DNA from: an uncultured delta proteobacterium
GTDB lineage: Bacteria > Desulfobacterota > Desulfobacteria > Desulfobacterales > Desulfatirhabdiaceae
Assembly: GCA_963789395.1 (NCBI GenBank)
Contig: CAWBKP010000006.1
Location: 1 to 64,000, forward strand
Reading direction: 5' to 3'
DNA length: 64,000 nucleotides
This document shows, piece after piece, positions 43,093-53,451 of the stretch (position 1 is its first letter; every line of letters starts with the position of its first letter). The position numbers and the translations under genes were made by a program. Under the pieces are notes generated by a model, which ran no database searches, was not told where the DNA came from, and was given only the letters and a program-made list of their open reading frames with translations.

Positions 43093-43186
43093 ACGTATGA
43101 TAAAGGCAACCCGTCTGAAAGGGCGTGGCCCAAAAATCCGAACTTATTTCTTTTCAGAAATTGGACGGGGGGGATTGCCGAGCGGG
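43093..43186 (+). ncRNA. diverged c-di-GMP-I riboswitch paralogue
   Basis: AAAGGCAACCCGTCTGAAAGGGCGTGGCCCAAAA...GGATTGCCGAGC, collinear with the 40432 copy. Confidence 0.55.
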
Positions 43187-43241
43187 AAGGGCGCTTTCTG
43201 TCATGCCTTTTCTTGCGAAGACCAGTAATAAGAGGTGTTTT

Positions 43242-44819
43242 ATGCGTAACCAAAGTACAATTTCACGTTTTCGTCTCGGTTTTATTCCTTTATTATTAGT
43301 TTTCACCTGCCTGTTTTTTTTGATTTGCGTCGGACCTGCCAGTACCCTGGGCTTTGCAGCCCAGGTAACGCTGGCTTGGGATGCTAATACCGATCCCTCA
43401 GTGGCCGGCTATAAACTGTATTCTGGATATGCCTCCCGAAGCTATGGGGCGCCGGTGAATGTCGGCAAATTCACTCAGTACACCCTGGCCGGCATTCAAG
43501 AAGGAATAACTTGCTATTTTGCTGTCACGGCCTATGATATGAACGGGAATGAAAGCGCGTTTTCCACTGAGTTGGAATGTTTTACGCTGGTGCCTGCCCC
43601 GGGTGTCAATGGCGCCATAAACCCTGCAAGCGCGGTTGTTGTCAGTCGCGGTATGAATCAGACTTTTACAATTATGCCGTCTGCCAATTACGAGGTGTCA
43701 TCTGTAACGGTTGACGGTTCGTCTGTAGGAGCAGTTTCCAGTTATACATTTTCCAATGTTACGGCCAATCACAGCATTTCGGCCGCATTTATCGCCAATA
43801 CATCACCCAATACACCACTCAATACACCACTTTATACCATTAGCGCATCGGCAGGGGAAAATGGCTCGATCAGCCCGTCCGGCAGCCTTTCATTGGCTCA
43901 AGGCGCCAGCCAGACATTTACCATCATGCCGGCATCCAATTACAGGGTATCTGCAGTATCGGTTGACGGTTCATCTGTAGGAGCAGTTACCAGCTATACA
44001 TTTTCCAATGTAACGGCCAATCACAGCATTTCTGCAACATTTGCCCCTACCCACTCTCAGTCCGGGTCATTGACAAGTTTTAGCGGTGACGGCAAGCCCA
44101 GCATTCTTTGGAGAAACAGTTCAACCGGTCAGAATGCTGTGATGTATATGAACGGGGTTGAGGTAACCGGTGCGGATTTCTTGCCAACAGTAGCCGACCG
44201 GAACTGGACAATTGCTGGCGTGGGTGACTTCAACGGTGATAGCGATCCGGACATCCTTTGGAGGAATACATCAACCGGTCAGAATGCTGTGATGTATATG
44301 AACGGGGTTGAGGTAACCGGTGCGGATTTCTTGCCGACAGTAGCCGACCGGAACTGGACAATTGCTGGTGTAGGTGACTTCAACGGTGATAGCGATCCGG
44401 ACATTCTCTGGAGGAACACTTCAACCGGTCAGAACGCCGTGGTGTACATGAACGGGGTTGAGGTAACTGGTGCGGATTTCTTGCCAACAGTAGCCGATCA
44501 GAACTGGACAATTGCTGGCGTGGGTGACTTCAACGGTGATAGCGATCCGGACATTCTCTGGAGGAACACTTCGACCGGTCAGAACGCCGTGGTGTACATG
44601 AACGGGGTTGAGGTAACCGGTGCGGATTTCTTGCCAACAGTAGCCGATCGGAACTGGACAATTGCTGGCGTGGGTGACTTCAACGGTGACGGCGATCCGG
44701 ACATTCTCTGGAGGAACACTTCAACCGGTCAGAACGCCGTGGTGTACATGAAAGGAGTTGAGGTAACCGGTGCGGATTTCTTGCCAACAGTAGCCGATCC
44801 GAACTGGAATATTTATTAA
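43242..44819 (+). CDS. secreted FN3 + InlB-B-like repeats + FG-GAP/VCBS repeat protein
   Basis: N-terminus nearly identical to the 40581 gene; C-terminal 50-aa repeats GDFNGDSDPDILWRN. Confidence 0.88.
   Translation: MRNQSTISRFRLGFIPLLLVFTCLFFLICVGPASTLGFAAQVTLAWDANTDPSVAGYKLYSGYASRSYGAPVNVGKFTQYTLAGIQEGITCYFAVTAYDMNGNESAFSTELECFTLVPAPGVNGAINPASAVVVSRGMNQTFTIMPSANYEVSSVTVDGSSVGAVSSYTFSNVTANHSISAAFIANTSPNTPLNTPLYTISASAGENGSISPSGSLSLAQGASQTFTIMPASNYRVSAVSVDGSSVGAVTSYTFSNVTANHSISATFAPTHSQSGSLTSFSGDGKPSILWRNSSTGQNAVMYMNGVEVTGADFLPTVADRNWTIAGVGDFNGDSDPDILWRNTSTGQNAVMYMNGVEVTGADFLPTVADRNWTIAGVGDFNGDSDPDILWRNTSTGQNAVVYMNGVEVTGADFLPTVADQNWTIAGVGDFNGDSDPDILWRNTSTGQNAVVYMNGVEVTGADFLPTVADRNWTIAGVGDFNGDGDPDILWRNTSTGQNAVVYMKGVEVTGADFLPTVADPNWNIY
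44079..44811 (+). repeat. five near-identical 150-bp intragenic tandem repeats
   Basis: TC(A/G)ACCGGTC at 44121, 44271, 44421, 44571 and 44721. Confidence 0.95.
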
Positions 44820-44904
44820 ACATAAAAATAAAGCCGTCAATTGCGGCTGATCATCTGGATTGCAAATCAAAAGGCGAAAAGAATGAAAGTCGTTCTCTAT
44901 GTGA

Positions 44905-45285
44905 ATGACAAAAACGCGTTGGCGAGCAAATGCCTTCAAAAAATTATCCGAGACTTGCATTCCGTCCGATTGCCTGGAGGTATTCGGAAGCAGCCGTGAT
45001 TTTGCGCAAAGGTTATATCAGATTCCGAGAAAAATTGATGTGGCCGTGCTTTATGCCCAGAACAATGATCAACTTTTTGAATTGATCACGTTAAAGGATT
45101 TCCTGATTGATATCCGCATTATCCTTATTCTGCCGGACAGGGAGCATTTAACCGTGAAAAGAGGGCATACCCTGTTTCCAAAATTTACGAGTTATATTGA
45201 CAGCTGTGCCACAGATGTTGCTTCTGTATTAAACAAGATGATTTCAAGTCTGAACGCCAATAAGAATGCAGGCGGATGCGCATGA
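44905..45285 (+). CDS. hypothetical protein, possibly a degenerate receiver-like fold
   Basis: 126-aa ORF with DVAVLYA...IRIILILPD alternating strand/helix pattern. Confidence 0.55.
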   Translation: MTKTRWRANAFKKLSETCIPSDCLEVFGSSRDFAQRLYQIPRKIDVAVLYAQNNDQLFELITLKDFLIDIRIILILPDREHLTVKRGHTLFPKFTSYIDSCATDVASVLNKMISSLNANKNAGGCA

Positions 45286-45452
45286 TTAGTCGGCGGACCC
45301 GTTCGGTATTCCATTTGTGAGAATAGTCCTTTCCTTCCTGATTTTGCCGAAGCATGCCGCAATTGTTCCCGAAAACACACCACATTTTCTCTTGATTCCC
45401 ATAAAAAAGGCTGTTACGAAAATGCCAGTATGAGTCACCTTAAGGAGGAAAC

Positions 45453-46739
45453 ATGGCTCACCTTGGCAATCGTTCCGGTTATTCCGAACTTGTGGAACGC
45501 CTGAACCGTTTTCCGCAGGGCGCTCCGCCATCTGATCTGCTGTTTAAAATCCTGAAACTGCTCTTCAGCGAAAAAGAAGCGGCGCTGGTTTCCAGGATCC
45601 CCATCCTGCCGTTTACTGCGGAAAAGGCCGGCCGCATCTGGAAAATGAATGTTTTAAGCGCCCGGAAAATCCTGCAAGATCTTGCCTCACGGGCCATTCT
45701 AGTGGATATCGAGCAGAATGGTGAATCGGTTTACTGTCTGCCGCCGCCCATGGCCGGGTTTTTTGAGTTCTCCCTCATGCGGGTGCGCGGCGACATCGAT
45801 CAGAAGACGCTGAGCGCGCTTTTTTACCAGTACTTGAATGTGGAAGATGATTTTATCCGGGATCTTTTTACCCGAGGGGAAACGCAGCTTGGGCGGACAT
45901 TTGTCCATGAACCGGCATTGCCGCCAGAGCTTACGGTGCAGGTCCTGGATTATGAGCGGGCAACAGAGGTAATCGCCACAGCCACACACATGGGGGTCGG
46001 TGTCTGTTACTGCCGGCATAAGATGAAACATGTCAACCGGTCATGCGATGCGCCGATGAACATCTGCATGACGTTTAACACGGTTGCGGCATCACTGATC
46101 CGGCATGGGCATGCAAGAAGGGTGGACCAAAAAGAAGGGTACGATCTGCTGCAACTGGCCTATGAAAACCGTCTTGTCCAATTCGGCGACAATGTCAAAA
46201 GAAGTGTATCCTTTATCTGTAACTGCTGCGGGTGCTGCTGCGAAGCCATGATCGCCGCCCGGCGCTTTGGCGTGCTCCACCCGGTTCACACCACCAATTT
46301 TATTCCTGAAATCCGCACGGAAACGTGTGCGGGATGCGGAAAATGCGTTGCTGTCTGTCCCGTGGAAGCGATGACCCTGGTTTCAGCCAACGATCCCCGA
46401 AGACCGGGTAAAAAAACGGCAAAGATTCAGGAGGACATCTGCCTGGGGTGCGGATTATGTGTGCGGGTCTGTGCGCAGGGAAATATCATTTTAAAGCCAA
46501 GGGCGCAGCGCGTGATCACGCCCCTGGACGGCACGCATCGCATCATCGTGATGGCCATCGAACGCGGCACGCTTCAGCATCTGATTTTTGACAACCGGGT
46601 GCTGTGGAGTCACCGGGCGCTCGCCGCCGTTCTGGGGGTGATTCTAAAAATACCGCCCATCCAGCAGGCACTGGCCAGCGAGCAGGTGAAATCGCGGTAT
46701 CTGGAATCCTTATTGACAAGGGTGGAACATTATAGATAA
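45453..46739 (+). CDS. 4Fe-4S dicluster domain protein
   Basis: CYCRH, ICNCCGCCC and two CxxCxxCxxxC motifs; AAGGAGG RBS. Confidence 0.88.
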   Translation: MAHLGNRSGYSELVERLNRFPQGAPPSDLLFKILKLLFSEKEAALVSRIPILPFTAEKAGRIWKMNVLSARKILQDLASRAILVDIEQNGESVYCLPPPMAGFFEFSLMRVRGDIDQKTLSALFYQYLNVEDDFIRDLFTRGETQLGRTFVHEPALPPELTVQVLDYERATEVIATATHMGVGVCYCRHKMKHVNRSCDAPMNICMTFNTVAASLIRHGHARRVDQKEGYDLLQLAYENRLVQFGDNVKRSVSFICNCCGCCCEAMIAARRFGVLHPVHTTNFIPEIRTETCAGCGKCVAVCPVEAMTLVSANDPRRPGKKTAKIQEDICLGCGLCVRVCAQGNIILKPRAQRVITPLDGTHRIIVMAIERGTLQHLIFDNRVLWSHRALAAVLGVILKIPPIQQALASEQVKSRYLESLLTRVEHYR

Positions 46740-46827
46740 AAGTAATAGGCGATAGGCGATAGGCGATGGACAAGGGATAGATGAAATTTTTTTATAGCCG
46801 GTCTCCTGCAGCTCGAAGGGTGTATAT

Positions 46828-47217
46828 ATGGCACAGAAAAAGAAGCCGGCGGAAGCCGGCGGGACGGATCGGATCATTGCCGAAGCAAGGGCCAGCCGGG
46901 AGCTTCGGGAAAAGACTTATCGGGAGCGTGCGCTCAAGCTGTTCCCCTGGGTTTGCGCCAGATGTGCGCGCGAATTTGAAGGAAAAAAACTTCGGGAACT
47001 GACGGTCCATCATAAGGATCACAATCACGACAATAACCCGCCGGACGGCAGCAACTGGGAGCTGCTTTGTCTTTATTGTCACGAAAATGAACACTCCCGG
47101 TACCTGGACGCGGAATGGTACGGCAGTGAAACCCCGGGCGGCGAAACGGATACGGGTTCCGGACACAAACCGTTTGCGGCCCTTGAGGCGCTTCTTAAAG
47201 GCAAGGGCAAAGGATGA
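46828..47217 (+). CDS. yajD: YajD family HNH nuclease
   Basis: YRERALKLFPWVCARC...LTVHHKDHNHDNNPPDGSNWELLCLYCHENEH. Confidence 0.9.
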   Translation: MAQKKKPAEAGGTDRIIAEARASRELREKTYRERALKLFPWVCARCAREFEGKKLRELTVHHKDHNHDNNPPDGSNWELLCLYCHENEHSRYLDAEWYGSETPGGETDTGSGHKPFAALEALLKGKGKG

Positions 47218-47227
47218 TGGAGGCTGC

Positions 47228-48562
47228 ATGGTCATCGAAATCAAAATCCCCGGCGTGGGGGAGTCTGTCAGGGAAGCGGTTCTTGCCCAGTGGCTCAAGA
47301 ATGACGGGGATTCGGTAAAAAAGGATGAGCCTATACTGGTGATTGAAACCGATAAGGTATCGCTGGAAGTGGCGGCTGAAGCCGATGGGGTGCTGCATAT
47401 CCAGGTCCCGGCGGGGAAAACCGTTCCTATCGGCACGGTTGTTGCCACCCTTACCGTGGCGGAAGGTGCCGAGACAACCGCCTCGACGTCTTTGCCGTCT
47501 TCTCCGCTGCTTCACGCTGCTCCGGGTGATCAGCCACCGGAGCCGCCCTTGCCGGTCTCTTCTCCAGAACTTCACCCGCCCGCAGATGCCCTGCCACCCG
47601 AACCGCCTGCGGATGCTGCCTCCGCATTATCACATTCACGCATTCGCGATTCGGCGCAGCTATCTCCCTCTGTTCGCCGCCTTATCCGTGAAAAAAGAAT
47701 TGATATTGCCGCCGTTTCCGGAACCGGACCTCACGGCAGGATCACCAAGGGGGATGTGCTGCTGCATCTGGAAGCTATGCCGGCCATGTCTGCCGTGCCA
47801 GCGGCCGATTCCGGACCCCCGTTGCAGGCGCCCGCTGAAGCACCCCATCATGAGACCATGGATGAACCCATGCTCCGCAAAACCCTGACCCCGATCCGTT
47901 TACGGATCGCCGAAAGGCTGGTTCAGGCAAAGCAGCAGACAGCCATGCTCACCACGTTCAATGAAATCGACATGAGCCGGGTGATGGCGGTTCGCGCCCG
48001 GTACAAGGAAGAATTTCAGAAAAAACACGGGGTCTCCCTGGGTTTCATGGGTTTTTTTATCAAGGCCAGCATTGCCGCGCTGAAGGATTTTGCCGAGATC
48101 AATGCATTTATCGATGCTAAGGACATCGTTTATCATCAGTACTATCATATCGGAATTGCGGTCGGCAGCGAGCGGGGGCTCGTGGTGCCGGTCCTTCGGC
48201 ATGCGGATCGCATGGGATTTGCGGATCTGGAAAAAGCCATTGCAGCGGCTGTGGATAAAATCGCTTCCGGAAAGCTCGGCCTGAGCGATCTGGAAGGCGG
48301 CACATTTACCATCAGCAACGGCGGTGTCTATGGGTCTCTTCTCAGCACCCCGATTTTAAACCCCCCGCAAAGCGGCATTCTGGGGATGCACAAGATCGAA
48401 AAGCGGCCTGTGGTGATCGATGACGCCATTGTCATTCGTCCCATGATGTATGTGGCCCTCAGCTACGATCACCGCATCGTGGATGGCAGGGGCGCCGTCT
48501 CCTTCCTGAAACGGATCAAGGAATGCATTGAAGAACCCGAACGACTCATGATGGAGATGTGA
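47228..48562 (+). CDS. sucB: 2-oxoglutarate dehydrogenase E2 (dihydrolipoyl succinyltransferase)
   Basis: Lipoyl IETDKV, E3-binding GTGPHGRITKGDV, AMLTTFNE, LSYDHRIVDG. Confidence 0.92.
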   Translation: MVIEIKIPGVGESVREAVLAQWLKNDGDSVKKDEPILVIETDKVSLEVAAEADGVLHIQVPAGKTVPIGTVVATLTVAEGAETTASTSLPSSPLLHAAPGDQPPEPPLPVSSPELHPPADALPPEPPADAASALSHSRIRDSAQLSPSVRRLIREKRIDIAAVSGTGPHGRITKGDVLLHLEAMPAMSAVPAADSGPPLQAPAEAPHHETMDEPMLRKTLTPIRLRIAERLVQAKQQTAMLTTFNEIDMSRVMAVRARYKEEFQKKHGVSLGFMGFFIKASIAALKDFAEINAFIDAKDIVYHQYYHIGIAVGSERGLVVPVLRHADRMGFADLEKAIAAAVDKIASGKLGLSDLEGGTFTISNGGVYGSLLSTPILNPPQSGILGMHKIEKRPVVIDDAIVIRPMMYVALSYDHRIVDGRGAVSFLKRIKECIEEPERLMMEM

Positions 48563-48564
48563 TC

Positions 48565-49972
48565 ATGACAGCAGAAAATTCCTATGATCTAGTGGTTATC
48601 GGCAGCGGACCCGGCGGCTATACGGCCGCGGTTAAAGCCTCGGGGCTGGGAATGACGGTGGCCTGCGTGGAAAAAGCGCCGCGGCCGGGGGGCGTATGTC
48701 TGAATGTGGGATGCATTCCCAGCAAGGCCCTTCTGGATTCCAGCGAAATTTATGAAACGACCCGAAACGGGCTGTCGGCTCACGGCATTCGGGTGACGGA
48801 ACTGACACTGGATCTGGCCGCCATGATGACCCGAAAAGACCAGGTGGTGGAAACCCTGACCGGACAGGTGAGAAAACTTCTGGAAGCCGGCCGCGTTGAC
48901 GCTTCTTCAGGGAACGGCCAGGGTCATGGATGCCCATCGCGTTGAAGTTGCCGGCAGCGATGGCGGCAATCGCATTCTTGATGCGAAATTCATTCTGCTG
49001 GCAACCGGCAGCGTTCCGGTCGCGGTTCCGGGCCTGGAATTTGACGAAGACCGGATTGTCACCTCCACCGGCGCGCTGAATTTTTCCGAGGTTCCCCGGA
49101 CACTGGGGATTATCGGTGGGGGCTATATCGGCCTGGAACTGGGATCTGTCTGGCAGCGCCTGGGCGCAAAGGTCACAGTCATTGAAATGCTGCCTCAGAT
49201 TGCCGCAAGCCTGGATGGCCAGATCAGCCGGGCATTAAAGCGCATACTCGACAAACAGGGAATGGTGTTTCGGCTCAAAACCACCGTGACCCATGCCGAA
49301 GTATTCGAAGGCGGGGTGAAGCTGACCCTTGAATCCAACGGCAAGCAGGAGATGATGGCATTTGACCGCGTTCTGGTTGCCGTGGGCCGAAAGCCCCTGA
49401 CAACGGGACTGGGCCTTGAAGCTCTCGGCGTTGACATGGATCCGAAAACCGGCCATATCCGTGTCGATGCCGGCTTTCAGACCAGCATTCCTTCGATTTA
49501 TGCGGTCGGAGATGTCGTCCCCGGCCCCATGCTGGCGCATAAGGCGTCTGCTGAGGGAATCGCCGCTGTCGAAGCCATGGCCGAACTTTCTTCGGAGGTC
49601 AACTACGATACCCTGCCGTCCGTCATCTATACCTGGCCGGAAGTGGCAGGCGTGGGACTGACCGAAGAGCAGGTCAAGGCCCGGAAAATTCCCTATATTG
49701 CCGGCGCCTATCCGTTTTCCGGAAATGGCCGGGCCCGGTGCATGGGCCAAACCGAGGGACTCGTAAAAATCCTTTCCCATGCCCGGACCGACCGGATTCT
49801 CGGCGTGCACATGATCGGCCCGCGGGTTTCCGAAATGATCGCAGAAGCGGTGATGGCCATGGAAATGGGGGCCAGCTCCGAAGATATTGCCAGAACGGTT
49901 CACAGCCATCCCTCATTTTCAGAAGCCTTTATGGAGGCGGCGGGAGCGGTACAGCGGCAGATTAAAAAGTGA
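48565..49972 (+). CDS. lpdA: dihydrolipoyl dehydrogenase, frameshift near 48900
   Basis: GSGPGGY, GGVCLNVGCIPSK, GGGYIGLE, MLAHKA, HPSFSE. Confidence 0.92.
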
Positions 49973-50138
49973 ATGTCGGGCGCTATGGTATTCTGTTGGG
50001 ATTTTTTTACTGACACATCACATGTATTTGAAAAATCCCCGTTACCGAAATGGGGAAGGTAACAGCTAATCTGGTGGAGGTGAAGGCCGGATTCATGATC
50101 GTTCACGAGTTCATCAAAATTAAAAAAGGAAAAGAACA

Positions 50139-50721
50139 ATGATGCGAAAAGGGTTGAGAATGGCGCTTGCTGCGCTGCTGGTTGTCAGTTTGTGTTCCAT
50201 GGTCTGGGCAGAGACACCAGCTCCCAAGGATGAAAGAAAACACACCACCATCGGCAAATATGTGACATCCGTCGAAGCCTATGAAATGTGGAAAGCCAAT
50301 CCCGGGAAAATCAAAATCTTTGATGTGCGGACTCCCGAGGAATACGTTTTTGTCGGACATGCGCCAATGGCCATCAACAGCCCTTCCATGCTCTGGACCG
50401 GGAAATGGAACGCCGAGAAAAAAGATTTTCCACTTGAATCCAATGCCGATTTCGAAGCCCTGGTGAAGCAAAAAGCCGGTGTCGATGACATGATCATGAT
50501 CATGTGCCGATCCGGGCATCGCAGTGCGGCCGCGGTCAACCGGCTGGCGAAGGCCGGATTCACGAATGCTGTACAATATCGTGGATGGGTTTGAAGGGGA
50601 TGTAATTTCGGATGAGGATAGCTATGACAAAGGCAAACGCGCCAAAAACGGCTGGAAGAATTCGCCTGCTCCCTGGACATACCAACTGGAGTCCGAACTG
50701 ATTTACAGCGGTTCGAAATAG
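50139..50721 (+). CDS. exported rhodanese-domain protein, frameshift near 50570
   Basis: Signal peptide, DVRTPEEY..GH, MCRSGHRS; second frame YNIVDGFEGD...GWK. Confidence 0.85.
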
Positions 50722-50728
50722 TTCGGAA

Positions 50729-52698
50729 ATGGACCGGATCGGCGTTTACATCTGTGAATGCGGGCCGAATATCCGGGATGCCGTGGATATGGACGCACTG
50801 GTGGGGTTCTCCGGGACCCTGCCGGGAGTTGTCCTGTCCAGGCGGCATGAATTGCTGTGCTCTGCGGAAGGTAAAGACCTGATCGTCCGGGAAATTACCG
50901 AAGCGTTCCTGACCCATGTCGTGGTTGCCGGATGTACTCCCAAGGAACACGAACGGACGTTTCAACGCGTTCTGCAAAACGCCGGGCTGAATCCGTTTCT
51001 GCTGCAGATGGCAGCCATCCGGGAGCAATGTGCCTGGGTAACCCCGGACCGGGCCGCGGCAACTGAAAAGGCGAAAGCCCTGATTCGCGCCGCAGTCCGG
51101 CGGGTGTCCTTCAGCACGGCCCTGACTGAAGGCCAGATTCCCTGTTGCGCCGATGTTCTGGTTGTCGGGTCCGGCATTTCCGGAATGAGCGCGTCGCTTG
51201 CCGCTGCCGGGGAAGACCGCCGGGTCTATCTGGTGGAAACCCTTCCCTGCATCGGCGGAAAGGTGGCCCGGTTCGAGACGGTATATCCCGGCGGTGAGTG
51301 CGCCACCTGCCTGCTGGATCCCCTGATGGATGCGGTGCTGCATCATGATCACATCACCGTGATGACTTTAAGCCAGATTACGGATGTCCAGGGGTTTCTG
51401 GGAAATTTTCAGATTCGGGTCCGCCGCAGGGCCAGATTTGTTTCTCCCGATGCCTGCCTGGGGTGCGGGGTCTGCGTCGAGGCCTGTCCGGTTGAAATCT
51501 CCAATGCCTTCAATGAAGGCCTGGATAAGCGAAAAGCCATCTATATTCCCTATCCCGGGGCATTGCCTCATATTGCCTGCGTGGATTCCACCGCCTGCCT
51601 GCGCTTTAGCGGCGAGGCCTGCAGTGCCTGCAGGGACATCTGCCCCTTTGGGGCCATCGACTTTGAAGAAACCGATATTGTTGAAGAAATCCATGTTGGC
51701 GGCATGCTGCTGGCAACCGGGTTCGATCTTTCGGATATCAGCTCCCTGCTGCGGTATGGATACGGAATCATCCCCAACGTCTACACCAGCATGGAATTTG
51801 AGCGGATGGCAAGCTCAACCGGACCTTCCGAAGGCAAACCGGTTTTGAAAAACGGCGCCCTTCCCCGGCAAATTTCACTGATTCTTTGCGTGGGATCCAG
51901 AACCGCGGCATTCAAACCTTACTGTTCAGCGGTCTGCTGCCGGTATATGCTGAAATTTGCGGAACTGGCCTTACAGAAACTGCCCGATGTTTCCATCCGG
52001 GTGTATTTTTCAGACTGGTGTCTGCCGGGAAAAGATGCCGACGGTCTGCTTGCCGCTTCGGTAAAGAACCGGATTCAGTTCTGCCGTATGGCCGCACCCG
52101 ACAGTATCGGAATCTTTCAAAAAGGAGATGCCATCGGAATCCGCTGGAAGGATTCTCTTCACAGGATGCAGGAGGGAAGCTGCGAGATGGTGATTCTGGC
52201 GCCGGCCCTGATCGGATCGCAAAACGCGGTGCATCTGTCTGAATGCCTGGAGGTTCCAATGGATGCGGATGGATTTTTTCGGATCGATCATCCGGTAAAG
52301 GCTCCGGTATCAACCCTGCGGGAAGGGATCTGGGTGGCCGGTTGCGCCGGGGCCCGTGCGACATTTCAGATGCTGTTACCCAGGGGCAGGCTGCTGCCGG
52401 TTTGATGCTGTCCCGCCTGATTCCGGGAAAGCCCATCCGTCTTCCGGCCTGTGTTTCTGAAGTCATGTCCGATCGGTGTTCAGGCTGCCGGATCTGTCTG
52501 GGCGCCTGTCCTTACGGGGCCATCGCATTTTTAAAACCGCATGCCGTGATTCAGGAATCCCTGTGCCGGGGATGCGGGACCTGCGCGGCCTCTTGCCCCA
52601 GCAACGCCATCGTCGCAAAACAGTTTACGGATAAAGAGCTGACCGAAGAAATTCTCGGACTTCTGAACAAAAAGACCTTACGTGAAACGGAGATATAA
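50729..52698 (+). CDS. hdrA: heterodisulfide reductase subunit A-like flavo-Fe-S protein, frameshift near 52350
   Basis: RIGVYICECG, IREQCAW, GSGISG, CVGSR...YCSAVCC, ferredoxin motifs; C-terminal GPCDISDAVTQG in the second frame. Confidence 0.85.
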
Positions 52699-52699
52699 A

Positions 52700-53120
52700 C
52701 CGGAAGCCACGGCCCATAACAGCACGCCGGCTGTGCCAGCACCAGAATGCCGGCAACAAAATGATGCAGCGGGCGTGATGCTGACTTTTCCCGGTAACCC
52801 AAAATCGCCCCGCAGATCGCGCCGCAAACCATACCGCCGGCATGCCCCCAGTTGTTGATTCCTGGAACCAGAATCCCGAAGAGGATCAGTGCCACAACCC
52901 AGTTTCCCATCTGCCGGAAAACAACCCGGCCATAGGTGCCGCCACGGCTTTTGCCGTAATACAGGGCCGCGCCCATCGACACGGCGTATCAGGGAGTTTC
53001 CGGAGACAGAAATGTCAGCGGGTTGAGCGATAAGCCGTTTTCAGGGGATGGATGAGAAGGGACAGCGCAAACATTCCCACATTGGCATAAAGAATGGCTG
53101 GAATGATCCTGTCCTCGCGG
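52700..53120 (-). pseudogene. rhomboid protease remnant with internal deletion
   Basis: N-terminal ILYANVGMFALSLL and LNPLTFLSP joined almost directly to MGAALYYG...GINNWGHAGG; the catalytic GxS segment is absent. Confidence 0.6.
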
Positions 53121-53142
53121 CTCAGTTTGCTGGCTGACGATT

Positions 53143-53431
53143 TCAGCAGGCAGCCGCCCCCGCAGGAAGCGGCTTCCTTGCCCCTGATCCAGGTCTGAAT
53201 GATATAGGTTGCGCAGCCCACCCCCGGCGTGACCGAGATTGCAACCACCGGACAGTTGGTGGCACACGCCCCGCATTCCATACATCCGTCGACGTCAATA
53301 ACGGCGGCTTTTTTTCCGTCCATTTTCAGCACGCCATGCGGGCAGACCCGTTCACACATGCCGCAGCCCACGCAGACAGCGGTATCCAGAGAAAGGGTCG
53401 AAACTCCCGGAAGATAACGAAATGATTTCAT
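53143..53431 (-). CDS. hgcB: mercury methylation ferredoxin HgcB; extra C just before the stop
   Basis: CVGCGMCERVCPHGV, CMECGACATNCP, PGVGCA; removing one C restores the terminal GGGCC*. Confidence 0.9.
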
Positions 53432-53451
53432 AAAGAAGCCCAACTTTTTAT

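Noticed and set aside
44079..44811. CRISPR array or DGR template/variable repeats
   Set aside because: Contiguous in-frame 150-bp coding repeats without spacers; differences are not adenine-specific; no cas or reverse transcriptase gene in the window
46828..47217. HNH nuclease as a defence or homing element
   Set aside because: Matches the conserved stand-alone YajD family, with no mobile or defence context
50139..53431. Selenocysteine read-through explaining broken rhodanese, hdrA or hgcB
   Set aside because: The breaks are frame changes, not in-frame TGA codons at Cys positions
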